Shown: positions 18,556 through 28,052 of the stretch, in pieces
Numbering within the stretch: the first letter of the stretch is position 1
How the letters are laid out: each line of letters starts with the position of its first letter
From: Thermoanaerobaculales bacterium
GTDB taxonomy: Bacteria > Acidobacteriota > Thermoanaerobaculia > Thermoanaerobaculales > Sulfomarinibacteraceae
Reading direction: 5' to 3'
NCBI GenBank assembly: GCA_025456385.1
Contig: JALOKS010000001.1
Coordinates: 1-37,126 of the forward strand
Length of the DNA stretch: 37,126 nt
Translations under genes and position numbers: made by a program
Notes under the pieces: generated by a model
The model's database searches: none
What the model saw: the letters and a program-made list of their open reading frames with translations, nothing else
Told to the model about the DNA's origin: nothing

Positions 18556-18572
18556 CTGGCACGCACTTTGCT
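18556..18572 (+). promoter_or_regulatory. sigma54 (-24/-12) promoter
   Basis: CTGGCACGCACTTTGCT matches the consensus YTGGCACG-N4-TTGCW, with the GG and GC elements correctly spaced. It is the only such full match I found in the window. Confidence 0.6.
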
Positions 18573-18582
18573 TTCTATGGCG

Positions 18583-18666
18583 GCAGCCGGACACCCAACG
18601 ATCCGGTCCACCGCATCATACCTCCTCCTTCCTCCTGCGGGCCCCCCGGCCCGCACCCTTTTTTTT
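18583..18666 (+). ncRNA. candidate sigma54-dependent small RNA with CU-rich anti-Shine-Dalgarno tract
   Basis: Lies between the sigma54 promoter and an intrinsic terminator. Contains hairpin CCGGA-N10-UCCGG (18587..18606), the single-stranded tract CAUCAUACCUCCUCCUUCCUCCU (18614..18636), and a terminator hairpin plus U8. No + strand ORF. The 5' end is inferred, not observed. Confidence 0.5.
18636..18666 (+). terminator. rho-independent terminator (+ orientation)
   Basis: GCGGGCC-CCCC-GGCCCGC (7-8 bp GC stem, 4-nt loop), then ACCC and T8 (18659..18666). In the minus orientation an A-tract precedes the stem and no U-tract follows it. Confidence 0.6.
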
Positions 18667-18711
18667 GCGAGCCGGATCATCCCTGCTCCCCGGTCGCTCC
18701 GTTCGAGCGTC

Positions 18712-21700
18712 TCACCCGTCGTCCTCCAGGTCCGTGAGGCAGAGATTGCGGATGTGGTAGAGCAGCACCTGGCGCGAGATGCCGAGCTCGCGCGCCGCGG
18801 CGCTGCGGTTGCCGCCGTGCCGCGAGAGGGCCGCGGTCAGGAAGCGGCGCCGAAAGTCCTGCTGGGCCTGCTCCCAGGTCGCCGCCGGTGCCGGCTCCTC
18901 GCCGGCGCAGGGCAGGTGCTCGGGGCGCACGACGCCGCCGCGCGCCCTGACCATCGCCACCTCGACCACCTGCTTGAGCTCGCGGACGTTGCCCGGCCAG
19001 TGGTACCGGCGCAACGCGCCTTCGGCCTCGGCGCTCCACGACGGCAGTCGCAGCCCGTGGCGGGCGCAGGCCTCGCGCTCGAAGAGAGAGCGCAGGAGCG
19101 GAATGTCCTCGCTCCGCTCCCGCAGGGGCGGGATGAGCACGTCCGGCGCCGCGATGCGGAAGAAGAGGTCGCGGCGGAAGGCGCCGTCCCGCATCCGCCG
19201 TTTGAGGTCGCGGTGGGTCGCCGAAACGATGCGGACATCGACCCGCCGCGCCTGGTGGGCGCCGACAGCCCGCACCTCGCCGGATTCGATGAAGCGCAGC
19301 AGCTTGACCTGGAGCCCGGGGTCGAGGTCACCGATCTCGTCGAGGAAGAGCGTGCCGCCGTCGGCAGCGACCGCCAGGCCCAGTCGTGAGCGGTCGGCGC
19401 CCGTGAAGGCCCCTTTGACCGATCCGAAGAGCTCCGCCTCGAGGAGGCTGCCGGGGATGGCGGCGATGTTGACCGCGACGAAGGCGCCGGAACGGCCCGA
19501 GAGGCGGTGCAGCGCTCGCGCTGCGACCTCCTTGCCGACGCCCGTCTCACCGAGGAGGAGGATCGGAAGGTGGGTCGGTCCGAGCTCGCGCAGCTCGCTG
19601 CGAAGCCACCTCGCCGCCTCCGACACGCCAGCGAAGCCGGTGTCGTCGACCTCGCCGCTCGTCGCCACCCGGCCTCTCGGCAGCACGAGGTCGAGAATGC
19701 CGAGGATGAGATGCCGGACCGGTCCCTCGCTGAGCTCACCCCCGAGCGGAACCACGAGCAGCCGGCCATGACGCATCTCGGGTCCCGGAGGCCCGTCGCC
19801 GTGGCGCCACAGGAGGCTGCGGTCGGCGCCGTCCCGGATTTCGAGCCCTCCCACCCCGAGCGCGGCGAGCAGCGTGGCCGCCTCCGCGGGCTCTCCGCCG
19901 TCGACACCGCCCCTCTCCACGACCCTGGCGAGCGCGGTAACGACCTCCCCCGCGCGGCCGGCGACGCCGTCGCAGGCGTCAGCCCAACCCACCAGCCCAG
20001 CCGCGCGGAGGGTCCGTGCCGCGCGCCGCCGGCGCTCGGGTTCGACCGCCAGCCGGCGTCCGGCGACCCGCTCGGCAAGAACGAGGGCGAGCGCGCCGGC
20101 GGGTGTCTCGACATCGATCTCGACGGCCCCGGCCGCAACCCGACCGCTGTCGGAGGGGCCCGCGAGGAGGGCGGCCGCCTGCGCCACCCCCCACCCGTCA
20201 CCGGGCGCCGCGGGCGGTCGGTCGCCGGCCGCGGCGGCGCTCAGCGCCAGCCACGCCTCGCCCTCCTGACCGGCCCGCCGCAGCAGCTCCGCGGCGCGGC
20301 GCGGGTCGCCGTCGAGCAATGCGGCGGCTCCCCGCAGGAGGCTCAGCCCTTCGTCGAAGCGGGCGTCGCCGTTCGCGACCGTCCGCGAAAAATCCTCCAG
20401 GCGCCGGCGGAATGCGACTTCGTCACCGACGGCGAGCGCGAGCCTCGCCAGCTCGCCCTTCGCGAAGGGGTCCACCGGGTCGAGCTCGAGCAGTCGCTCG
20501 AGCCGCTCCGCGGCCTGCTCCACCCGCATCTGGTCGACGTCGGCGACCGCGAGGTTGAAGAGCGGACCCGAGATGAGGTGCGCGAAGCCGGCCGCCCGCA
20601 GCAGCTGATAAGCGAGCAGATCGTGCCGCACCGCCACCCGGCTCTCGCCGAGAGCGAGGGCCGCGGCACCGAGGTCGAGCTCGAGCATCCCGCGCAGGCC
20701 CGGCCCCATCGGGTTCCGCGCCAGCACCCGCAGCAACCGCCGCGCTGCGGAGGCGTCGCCCCGGTCGATCAGCGCAACCGCCTCGCGGTGAGCCGCACGG
20801 ACCCGCAGTGCGGTGTGCCGACCGGCGAGAGCCCGCGTCGCGCGGGTCCCGGGTCTCCCGCCGGGTGGGTCCGCGAAGAGGAGATCGATCTCGATCCGCC
20901 GCGCGACGAGCTCGCCGAGGCCCGGGCGGCACGCCGCGAGCGCCGCCCGCGGCGGCGCGCGGTCCGCTTCGGGGTTGCAGCGCTGGCCGACCAGCACCAG
21001 GGCCGCCGCCTCGGCTGCCGCTCGCGGCTGTGATCTCGCCTCGTCGAGGGAAGGGACCCGCCGCGCCGCACCCGGCGCCGGGTCCAGGTTGTCGAGCCAG
21101 ACGGTCAGCGCACCGCGACCTGCCGGCGCGACGCCCGCGAGGGCGGTGCGTGCTCCCGCGAGGTCGAGCACGGCCAGGCAGGCTTCGGCAAGCAGCAGCT
21201 GCAGCCGATCGCCGAGGGCTCCGCCGGCGAGCTGCGCCAGGAGCTCCCGCACGAGACCTGAGTCGAGGCGGTCGAGGCTCCCTCTCGCCCACGCCTCGAG
21301 CTCCTCCGCGTCACCGCTGCCGAGGGCCTCATGCAGCAGCCGCTGGGGGCTCCCGGGCGCGTGCAGGGCCGCCACCTGGAGGTGCCGCGGGTCCGCCGCG
21401 AGCGCCCGTGGTTCCGGAAGCCGCCAGCGTCCCTCGGACTCCACGACTCCGAGAAACCGGCGCTGGATCTCCAGATCCGCCGGTGGGAGCGCCGCGTGCA
21501 GCGCGAGAAAGCCGGGCGGCAGGCCGTCCGGCGCCAGCGCCAGCCAGCTCTCCAGGATCGACCCGCCGCTCCCGGCCGCGGGCCCGCCCGGCGGCCGCCG
21601 CCGCGGCGCCGGCGTCAGCCTCCGCAGGAGGCCGTTCGTGAGGGCCCCCCGATCGGCCGCTGCAAAGGGCTCGAACCGCCGCTGCCGGGCGTCAATGAGC

Positions 21701-22602
21701 TCCTGAGCGACCGCGGGCGGTACGCCGGTGATCGCGAGGTTGCGGGGCGAGATCCCCGCACCGGGCGGCGGCGGCTCAGCCGCCCAGCCGCGGGGAAAGA
21801 GCCCCACCGCGACCGCGCTGCAGCCCTCCCGCTGCGCCCAACGGGCCAGTGCGTTGAGCTCTCCGTGCGACAGCCTGCCGACCACGATCAGGGCGCCGTT
21901 CTCCCCCGGAGTCCGCGCCCACCGCTGATCGGCGCCCGGCTCGTCGGCCGCCTCCAACCACGCCGACCGGCCGCGGCGGCGCAACGCGCACCAGAGGGCC
22001 GCCGCGAGCCGCCGCGCCGTCTCCTCGGGGGGGACCCGCCACTGGTGGAGATCGCCCTCAGCCGGCAGCGGCAGAGGGTCCCACCGGAGAGCCCAGAGCG
22101 CCCGGGCCGTCAGGGGGTCGAGCGATCCTCCCAGCTCTCGCAGCTGTCGTGCGAGCGCGCCCTCGAGGGACAGCCCGGGCTCCGCCCGGTTGCCGTCGAG
22201 CTCCCCCGGCGGGAGCCCGGTGGCGCGCGCGACCCGATCGATGACCGCAGCACGGGCGGCCTCCATGGCGCCCTCGCCGCCGCCGAGGCGATCGAGGAGC
22301 GGCGACAGCGGGCACGGAAGGCGGCCGAGCACCGCCCGCACGCCCTCCTCGCAGCGATGCAGCCGGAGCCCGGCAAAGGCCGCGCGGCCGAGCCAGAGGT
22401 CGAAGTCGCTCAGGAGGGACGCGGCCGCCGTCAGCTGGACCGCGGCGCGGAGGCGGTCCCGGCGCGACAGCGAGGCGGCGTTCACCGCGCGACGGGTGGT
22501 TGCCGTCTCCTCGGCGACGAACGGGGCGAGCCGCGGCAGGGGTAGGCTCGGGTGCTCGACCAGCAGGGCCGCAGGCTCCGGTATCCGCACGTCCCTACCC
22601 AT
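18712..22602 (-). CDS. sigma54-dependent transcriptional activator (bEBP) with very large non-canonical N-terminal region
   Basis: C-terminal AAA+ sigma54-interaction module: GETGVGKE (Walker A), VKGAFTGA (GAFTGA loop), LFLDEIGDL (Walker B), [16 protein letters not shown]. Fis-type [22 protein letters not shown]. About 950 preceding residues are Ala/Leu/Arg-rich and helical, with no receiver, GAF or PAS signature visible. ATG at 22602 overlaps the aroA stop by 8 nt; the alternative start is 22665. Confidence 0.85.
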   Translation of the reverse strand: MGRDVRIPEPAALLVEHPSLPLPRLAPFVAEETATTRRAVNAASLSRRDRLRAAVQLTAAASLLSDFDLWLGRAAFAGLRLHRCEEGVRAVLGRLPCPLSPLLDRLGGGEGAMEAARAAVIDRVARATGLPPGELDGNRAEPGLSLEGALARQLRELGGSLDPLTARALWALRWDPLPLPAEGDLHQWRVPPEETARRLAAALWCALRRRGRSAWLEAADEPGADQRWARTPGENGALIVVGRLSHGELNALARWAQREGCSAVAVGLFPRGWAAEPPPPGAGISPRNLAITGVPPAVAQELIDARQRRFEPFAAADRGALTNGLLRRLTPAPRRRPPGGPAAGSGGSILESWLALAPDGLPPGFLALHAALPPADLEIQRRFLGVVESEGRWRLPEPRALAADPRHLQVAALHAPGSPQRLLHEALGSGDAEELEAWARGSLDRLDSGLVRELLAQLAGGALGDRLQLLLAEACLAVLDLAGARTALAGVAPAGRGALTVWLDNLDPAPGAARRVPSLDEARSQPRAAAEAAALVLVGQRCNPEADRAPPRAALAACRPGLGELVARRIEIDLLFADPPGGRPGTRATRALAGRHTALRVRAAHREAVALIDRGDASAARRLLRVLARNPMGPGLRGMLELDLGAAALALGESRVAVRHDLLAYQLLRAAGFAHLISGPLFNLAVADVDQMRVEQAAERLERLLELDPVDPFAKGELARLALAVGDEVAFRRRLEDFSRTVANGDARFDEGLSLLRGAAALLDGDPRRAAELLRRAGQEGEAWLALSAAAAGDRPPAAPGDGWGVAQAAALLAGPSDSGRVAAGAVEIDVETPAGALALVLAERVAGRRLAVEPERRRRAARTLRAAGLVGWADACDGVAGRAGEVVTALARVVERGGVDGGEPAEAATLLAALGVGGLEIRDGADRSLLWRHGDGPPGPEMRHGRLLVVPLGGELSEGPVRHLILGILDLVLPRGRVATSGEVDDTGFAGVSEAARWLRSELRELGPTHLPILLLGETGVGKEVAARALHRLSGRSGAFVAVNIAAIPGSLLEAELFGSVKGAFTGADRSRLGLAVAADGGTLFLDEIGDLDPGLQVKLLRFIESGEVRAVGAHQARRVDVRIVSATHRDLKRRMRDGAFRRDLFFRIAAPDVLIPPLRERSEDIPLLRSLFEREACARHGLRLPSWSAEAEGALRRYHWPGNVRELKQVVEVAMVRARGGVVRPEHLPCAGEEPAPAATWEQAQQDFRRRFLTAALSRHGGNRSAAARELGISRQVLLYHIRNLCLTDLEDDG

Positions 22603-23872
22603 CCCGCGCGCCCGCCACCAGCCCCTCCCAGGCGGCCCAGAAGCCCGGGAAGGACTTGCCGACACAGCTGCCGTCGTCGACCGTGAGAGGCCCCGCCGCC
22701 AGCGCTGCGACCGCCATCGCCATCGCCACGCGGTGATCGCCCGCGGCGGTCACCGGGCGCGCCGCACCGCTCTGCCGCCGGAGGGGCGAGGCGACGGTCA
22801 GCGCCGACTCCCCCACCTCGAGGACCGCCCCGAGCCCGCGGAGGTTGGCGACCATCACCGTGAGTCGGTCGCTCTCCTTGTGCGCCAGGTTGCCGAGGCC
22901 GGTGAGACGGGAGCCCGGCGGGGCGCAGGCCGCCACCACCGCGAGCGCCGGGAAGAGATCGGGCGTGCTCTCGAGGTCGGCCGCAATCGGGTCTGCGACC
23001 GGCCCGCTCGCCGAGACCCACTCCCCCTGCCAGGCGCACCTGAGACCGGCGGCGGCGAGCACCTCCAGAACCGCACGGTCGCCCTGCCGGCTGCGCGGGT
23101 CGAGAGGGCCGACGGTGACCCGACCGCCGGTGACCGCAGCAGCCGCGAGCAGGAACGCGGCCGCCGACCAGTCACCCTCGACCGTGAGGGTGCTCGGGCG
23201 CAGCCCTCCGGCAGGCACCTGCCAGAGCCGCCGGTCGGCGCTCGCCACCACCTCCGAGCCGAAGGCGCGGAGGACCTCGCTCGTCAGGTCGAGGTAGGGT
23301 GCGGAGGGCAGGGGACCGGCCACCTCGAGCTCGAGCCCCTGCTGCATCAGCGGCGCCGCCAGCAGCAGGGACGAGACGAACTGTGAGGACAGCCCGGGCC
23401 GAATCGCGGCTCGCCCGCCGGCGAGCCGGTGGCCCTCGACCGTGGCCGGCAGAAAGCCGCCCGCGGCCTCGATCCGCGCCCCGAGAGCCCCCAGCACCTC
23501 CAGCAGGGGCGCCATCGGGCGCTCGCGCAGGCGCGGGCTGCCGTCGACGGTCGCCCGGCCGGGAAGCGCCGCGAGCAGCCCCAGGATCAGGCGCGCGCCG
23601 GTGCCGGAGTCGGCGAGATCGAGAAGCGGCCGCCCGGCGGGGGTCGAACGTCCGCCGACGGTGACCTCGTCGCGCCACTCCACGGGCCAGCCGGCAGCGG
23701 CCAGGGCCGCGGCGAGGACCCGGGTGTCACCGCAGTCCAGCGGCCGGCGGATCCTGCCTCCGCCGGCGGCCGCCGCCGCGATCAGCGCCCGGTTGCTGAT
23801 GCTCTTGGAGCTCGGGACCTCGACCGCCGCGTCGAGCTCCGCGTGCGGTCCCGGGAGCTCGCGCGGGATCAC
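22595..23872 (-). CDS. aroA: 3-phosphoshikimate 1-carboxyvinyltransferase (EPSP synthase)
   Basis: [44 protein letters not shown] and [11 protein letters not shown] motifs. GTG at 23872 overlaps the upstream stop (GTGA). Confidence 0.9.
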   Translation of the reverse strand: MIPRELPGPHAELDAAVEVPSSKSISNRALIAAAAAGGGRIRRPLDCGDTRVLAAALAAAGWPVEWRDEVTVGGRSTPAGRPLLDLADSGTGARLILGLLAALPGRATVDGSPRLRERPMAPLLEVLGALGARIEAAGGFLPATVEGHRLAGGRAAIRPGLSSQFVSSLLLAAPLMQQGLELEVAGPLPSAPYLDLTSEVLRAFGSEVVASADRRLWQVPAGGLRPSTLTVEGDWSAAAFLLAAAAVTGGRVTVGPLDPRSRQGDRAVLEVLAAAGLRCAWQGEWVSASGPVADPIAADLESTPDLFPALAVVAACAPPGSRLTGLGNLAHKESDRLTVMVANLRGLGAVLEVGESALTVASPLRRQSGAARPVTAAGDHRVAMAMAVAALAAGPLTVDDGSCVGKSFPGFWAAWEGLVAGARDG

Positions 23873-24651
23873 GGGCCGGCGCTCCCCTCTCGCACCGGAG
23901 GGCCGTCGGCGAGCGCGAGCGGCAGCGGCTCGAGGCGCTCGCCGACGAGGGCCCAGGAGCCGTCGTCTGCGACCAGCACCGAGGTCCTCGTGTCGAGCCA
24001 GGCCGGCATCACCAGCGCCTCGCGCTCGCCGCTGCGCCGCAGCCACGGCGAGTGGAAGTGCCCCCAGAGGACGACATCCACACCCTCGGCCCAGGCCGCC
24101 TCGGCGCTCCGCTCGAGGTCGGCGACGGGCTTGAAGAAGCGGAACCTGCGGTTCGTCATCGCGAGGTGGGCCTCCATGCGGCGGACGATGGACGTCGCCA
24201 GCCCGCGCGGCAGCAGTCGCGCCCACAGCCTGGCCGCCGCCGACTTCGAGATCGTCGACCAGAAGCGGTACTGGAGGTCGCGGCGGTTGACGAGATCGCC
24301 GTGCACGAGCTCGAAGACCCGGCCGCCGGCACTGAACCGGTAGCTCCGCCCGCTCCAGTCGAGCTCGGCGGCGAGCTCGGGCTCGTCGAGGAAGAAGTCG
24401 CGGTTGCCCTCGACCACGACCAGCCGGAGGCCGCGACCGCGCAGCTCGCGCCACACGCCCAGCACCTGCCGCACCGACGCCGTCCAGAACTTGGACATGC
24501 CGATCAGGTACTGGAAGGCGTCGCCGAGATAGATGATCTCGGCGACGCCCTCCTCTTCGGCCGCGCGCAGCAGCGCGATCATCGCCGCCGCGTCGTCGGC
24601 GCCCTGCCCGACGTGCGAGTCCGCGACGATCAGGCGTTTCATGCCGGCCAT
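23869..24651 (-). CDS. LpxH-like calcineurin-type metallophosphoesterase (probable UDP-2,3-diacylglucosamine diphosphatase)
   Basis: IVADSHVG, YLGDAF, EGNRDFF, VHGD and WGHFH motifs in LpxH order. The start is ATG 24651 or 24642. Confidence 0.65.
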   Translation of the reverse strand: MAGMKRLIVADSHVGQGADDAAAMIALLRAAEEEGVAEIIYLGDAFQYLIGMSKFWTASVRQVLGVWRELRGRGLRLVVVEGNRDFFLDEPELAAELDWSGRSYRFSAGGRVFELVHGDLVNRRDLQYRFWSTISKSAAARLWARLLPRGLATSIVRRMEAHLAMTNRRFRFFKPVADLERSAEAAWAEGVDVVLWGHFHSPWLRRSGEREALVMPAWLDTRTSVLVADDGSWALVGERLEPLPLALADGPPVREGSAGP

Positions 24652-24722
24652 GGTAGCGCAGGCCGGGAGGTCGTCACACGTTGGAACGACGCACGCTCGA
24701 ACGACGGGACCGCCTGTGCCGG

Positions 24723-25808
24723 CTAGCCGTTGCGGCGCGCGAACTCCTCCATGAAGGCGCACAGCGCCTGCACTCCTGCCAGCGGCATCGCGTTGTAGAT
24801 CGAAGCGCGGCAGCCGCCGACCGAGCGGTGGCCCTTCAGCCCGACCATGCCCTGGGCCTTGGCCTCCGCCACGAACTTCGCTTCCAGCTCCTCGCTCGGG
24901 AGCCGGAACACGACGTTCATGAATGAGCGGCTCGCCGGGTCGACCGGGCAGCGGTAGAACGCGGGGTGCGCCTCGATGGTCCCGTAGAGCAGCCCACCCT
25001 TCTGCCGGTTGCGCGCCTCCATCGCCGCGAGCCCGCCCTCGTCGCGCACCCACTCGAGGACGTTCCGGACCATGTAGATGGCGAAGGTCGGGGGCGTGTT
25101 GTAGAGCGACTCGTTGTCGGCGAAGGTGCTGTAGCGCAGCATGGTCGGCAGCTTGCCGTTCGCCTTCTCGAGCCAGGACTTGCGGACGATGACGATCGTC
25201 ACCCCGGACGGGCCGACGTTCTTCTGGGCGCCGGCATAGATGAGGTGGAAGCGATTCGCGTCGAAGGGTCGCCAGAGAAAGTCCGACGACATGTCGGCGA
25301 CCAGCGGGACCTGGCCGCTGTCGGGGAAGTCGTGGAACTGGGTCCCCTTGATGGTGTTGTTCGAGGTGACGTGGAGGTAGGCCGCCGCCGGGTCGAGCTC
25401 GTACTCGCCGGGTCCCGGGATGCGCGTGAAGCCGCCTGGCTCGCCGGTCGCGGCGGCGCGCGCCGAGGCGACGATCTTCGCCTCCTTGAGGGCCTTCTGC
25501 GACCAGGAGCCGGTGACGACGTAGTCGGCCGATCCGCCCGGCGGGATGAAGTTCATCGGCACCATCGCGAACTGGAGCGATGCGCCGCCCTGGATGAAGA
25601 GGACCAGATGGTCGTCATCGAGGCCGAGGAGAGCCTTCAGCAGGTCCATGGCCTCGTGATGCACGGCGTCGTACTGCGCCGAGCGGTGCGAGATCTCGAG
25701 CACCGACATGCCGGTGCCGGCCCAATCGGGCATGTCGGCCTTGGCACGCTCGATGGCGGGCGCGGGGAGAATCGCCGGCCCGGCGTAGAAGTTCAAGGTT
25801 GTGCTCAT
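24723..25808 (-). CDS. serC: phosphoserine aminotransferase
   Basis: NFYAGPAILP N-terminus, QGGASLQF, and class-V aminotransferase layout. Length 361 aa. Confidence 0.9.
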   Translation of the reverse strand: MSTTLNFYAGPAILPAPAIERAKADMPDWAGTGMSVLEISHRSAQYDAVHHEAMDLLKALLGLDDDHLVLFIQGGASLQFAMVPMNFIPPGGSADYVVTGSWSQKALKEAKIVASARAAATGEPGGFTRIPGPGEYELDPAAAYLHVTSNNTIKGTQFHDFPDSGQVPLVADMSSDFLWRPFDANRFHLIYAGAQKNVGPSGVTIVIVRKSWLEKANGKLPTMLRYSTFADNESLYNTPPTFAIYMVRNVLEWVRDEGGLAAMEARNRQKGGLLYGTIEAHPAFYRCPVDPASRSFMNVVFRLPSEELEAKFVAEAKAQGMVGLKGHRSVGGCRASIYNAMPLAGVQALCAFMEEFARRNG

Positions 25809-25817
25809 GGTCGCCTC

Positions 25818-26699
25818 CTATGCGGTGTGCTGCTGGAAGTCCTCGAGAATCCTGACCACGACGTCGCCGATGCGCAGCATGTTCTCACGGGTCGAGGCGC
25901 CGAGGTGCGGAGTCATGATCGCGTTCGGCGCGTCATAGAGAGGGCACGCCGCATCCGGCGGGTCGCTCATGAACACGTCGGTGGCGTACGCGCGGACCTT
26001 GGCCGAGCGCAGCGCCGCGACGAGGTCCTGCTCGTTCACGCAGCCGCCGCGCGCGGTGTTGATGATGGTCACGCCGTCCTTCATCTGCGCAATCGTATCC
26101 GCGTTGATCATGCCCCGGGTGCTGTCGGTCAGCGGCACATGCAGCGAGATGTAGTCGGCCTGGCCGAACAGCGCATCGAGGCTGACCAGGTCGACGCACT
26201 CGTGGCTCTTCAGCAGGGGGTCGTAGGCGATGACTCTCATGCCGAAGGCTATGGCGCGCCGCGCGAGCTCGGTGCCGATGTTGCCGGCGCCCACCAGGCC
26301 CAGGGTCTTGCCCATCAGCTCGCTGCGCTTGAGCTCTTTCTTGAGCCACTTCCGCCCGCTCATCGCGACATGCCCGTCCACGAGCCTGGTCGGCACCGCG
26401 ATCATCAGAGCGAAGGCCAGCTCGGCCACCGCGACCGCCGAGGCCTCGGCGGTGTTGAAGACCTGGATGCCCTTCGACCGCGCGTACTCGACGTCGATGT
26501 TGTCGAGACCGACGCCGCCGCGGATGATCAACCGCAGGTTCGTCGCCTGGTCGATGTAGTCGCGGGTGCACTTGGTCTTCGAGCGCACGAGCACGACGTC
26601 GACCTCGGCGAGCCGGGCCTTGTCCTCGGTCACCTCACCGAAAACCTCGAGCTTGGCGGGCAGCGACGGATCGAAGGCGTCTGAGATCAGAATCTTCAT
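25818..26699 (-). CDS. serA: D-isomer-specific 2-hydroxyacid dehydrogenase, probable short-form D-3-phosphoglycerate dehydrogenase
   Basis: ATG at 26699 preceded by GGAGGGA. NAD-binding site GLVGAGNIGTELARR, and catalytic region INTARGG...TPHLGAST. It lies 9 nt upstream of serC. Confidence 0.75.
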   Translation of the reverse strand: MKILISDAFDPSLPAKLEVFGEVTEDKARLAEVDVVLVRSKTKCTRDYIDQATNLRLIIRGGVGLDNIDVEYARSKGIQVFNTAEASAVAVAELAFALMIAVPTRLVDGHVAMSGRKWLKKELKRSELMGKTLGLVGAGNIGTELARRAIAFGMRVIAYDPLLKSHECVDLVSLDALFGQADYISLHVPLTDSTRGMINADTIAQMKDGVTIINTARGGCVNEQDLVAALRSAKVRAYATDVFMSDPPDAACPLYDAPNAIMTPHLGASTRENMLRIGDVVVRILEDFQQHTA

Positions 26700-26716
26700 G
26701 CTTCCCTCCCCGGGCA

Positions 26717-27958
26717 TCAGTCGTCGAGCGGCCTCACCAGGAGACCGGAACGGAGCTTCGGTTCGAACCAGGTCGATTTGGGCGGCATCACGAGGCCTGC
26801 GTCCGCGACCGCGAACAGCTGCGCGATCGAGGTCGGATGGAGCGCGAAGGCGACGGCCCACTTTCCGGAGTCCACGAGCCGCTCGAGCTCCGCGAGCCCG
26901 CGAATGCCGCCGACGAAGTCGATCCTCTCGTCCGAGCGCGGGTCGCCGATGCCGAGCACCGGGCCGAGGAGGTTGTCCTGCAGGATCGCGACGTCGAGGC
27001 TCCGAACCGGGTCGGTGGCCGGATAGCTCCCCGCCTTCGCCCGCAGGAGGTACCACGCGTGGTCCAGGTACATGCCGAAGGCGGTCGGGGCCGGCGGACG
27101 ACCGTCCTCGCCAGGCGCGAGATCGAAGCGCTCGCCGATCCGCGCCAGCAGGGCCTCGCGCCCGAGCCCGTTGAGGTCGCGCACCACCCGGTTGTAGTCC
27201 AGGATCTTCATCTCCCGGTCGGGGAAGATGACCGCGAGGAAGAAGTTGTACGCCTCCTCCCCGGTGTGCTTCGGGTTGGCCTCCCGGCGCAGGGTCCGGA
27301 TGCGCGTGGCGGCCGCCGAGCGGTGGTGGCCGTCCGCCACGTAGAGAGCCGGGACGGAGCTGAAGGCGGCCGCGAGAGCCTCACGGTCCTGCGGCCGTTC
27401 GACAACCCACAGCACGTGCTGAATGCCGTCCGGCGCGACGAAGTCGTAGAGCGGCGCTCCCGCAGTCAGGCGTGCGACGAGGGCGTCGATCTCGGGGCGC
27501 GCTTTGTAGGTCAGGAACACCGGGCCGGTGTTGGCGTTGAGCGCGTCCACGTGTCGCGTGCGGTCGTCCTCCTTCACCCGGCGGGTGTGCTCGTGCTTTT
27601 TGATCCGGTCGTTCTCGTACTCGTCGATGCTCGCCCCGGCCACCAGCCCGGTCTGCACGTGGTCCCCCATCCGCTGCCGGTAGAGGTAGAAGGCGGGTGC
27701 GGCCTCGCGCACGAAGACGCCGTCCTCCTGCAGGCGGCGGAGGTTCTCCGCGCCCTTGGCGTAGACCTCGGGAGAGTAGACATCGGTCCCGGGTGGGAGG
27801 TCGATCTCGGGTTTGTTCACGTGCAGGAAGGACAGCTGGTTGTCGGCTGCCATCGCACGCGCCTCGTCGCTCGACAGCACGTCATAGGGCGGGCTCGCGA
27901 CCCGGGCCGCGAGCTCCGGTCGCGGGCGCCACGCGCGAAAGGCTTCGATTCGGGCCAT
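26717..27958 (-). CDS. DUF1015 family protein
   Basis: MARIEAFRAWRP...ASPPYDVLS...FYLYRQ...IKKHEHTR...ADGHHR matches the DUF1015 family signature. Its stop lies 17 nt before the serA-like start. Confidence 0.8.
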   Translation of the reverse strand: MARIEAFRAWRPRPELAARVASPPYDVLSSDEARAMAADNQLSFLHVNKPEIDLPPGTDVYSPEVYAKGAENLRRLQEDGVFVREAAPAFYLYRQRMGDHVQTGLVAGASIDEYENDRIKKHEHTRRVKEDDRTRHVDALNANTGPVFLTYKARPEIDALVARLTAGAPLYDFVAPDGIQHVLWVVERPQDREALAAAFSSVPALYVADGHHRSAAATRIRTLRREANPKHTGEEAYNFFLAVIFPDREMKILDYNRVVRDLNGLGREALLARIGERFDLAPGEDGRPPAPTAFGMYLDHAWYLLRAKAGSYPATDPVRSLDVAILQDNLLGPVLGIGDPRSDERIDFVGGIRGLAELERLVDSGKWAVAFALHPTSIAQLFAVADAGLVMPPKSTWFEPKLRSGLLVRPLDD

Positions 27959-28003
27959 ATCCCTGTCCTCCCCGCACATCCGGCAGCTTCGCCGAGCACG
28001 TGA

Positions 28004-28012
28004 AATCTATCA
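28004..28012 (-). promoter_or_regulatory. candidate extended -10 promoter element (TGATAGATT) for the DUF1015-serA-serC cluster
   Basis: Minus strand reads TG-A-TAGATT about 45 nt upstream of the DUF1015 ATG, in a locally AT-richer patch. No convincing -35 element. Confidence 0.3.
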
Positions 28013-28052
28013 CATGCCCGGGTGGACGGCTAGATACCGGGTTCGCGCCCGC

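Noticed and set aside
18575-18619. The 14-codon uORF plus antisense RNA read as a type I toxin-antitoxin pair.
   Set aside because: The peptide MMRWTGSLGVRLPP is too short and not hydrophobic enough for a membrane-disrupting type I toxin. A leader or coupling role is more plausible.
18636-18666. The GC hairpin read as the terminator of the bEBP gene (minus orientation).
   Set aside because: In the minus orientation the hairpin is preceded by A8 and followed by GGAGGAAGGAGG, with no U-tract. It is canonical only in the + orientation. Weak bidirectional termination cannot be excluded.
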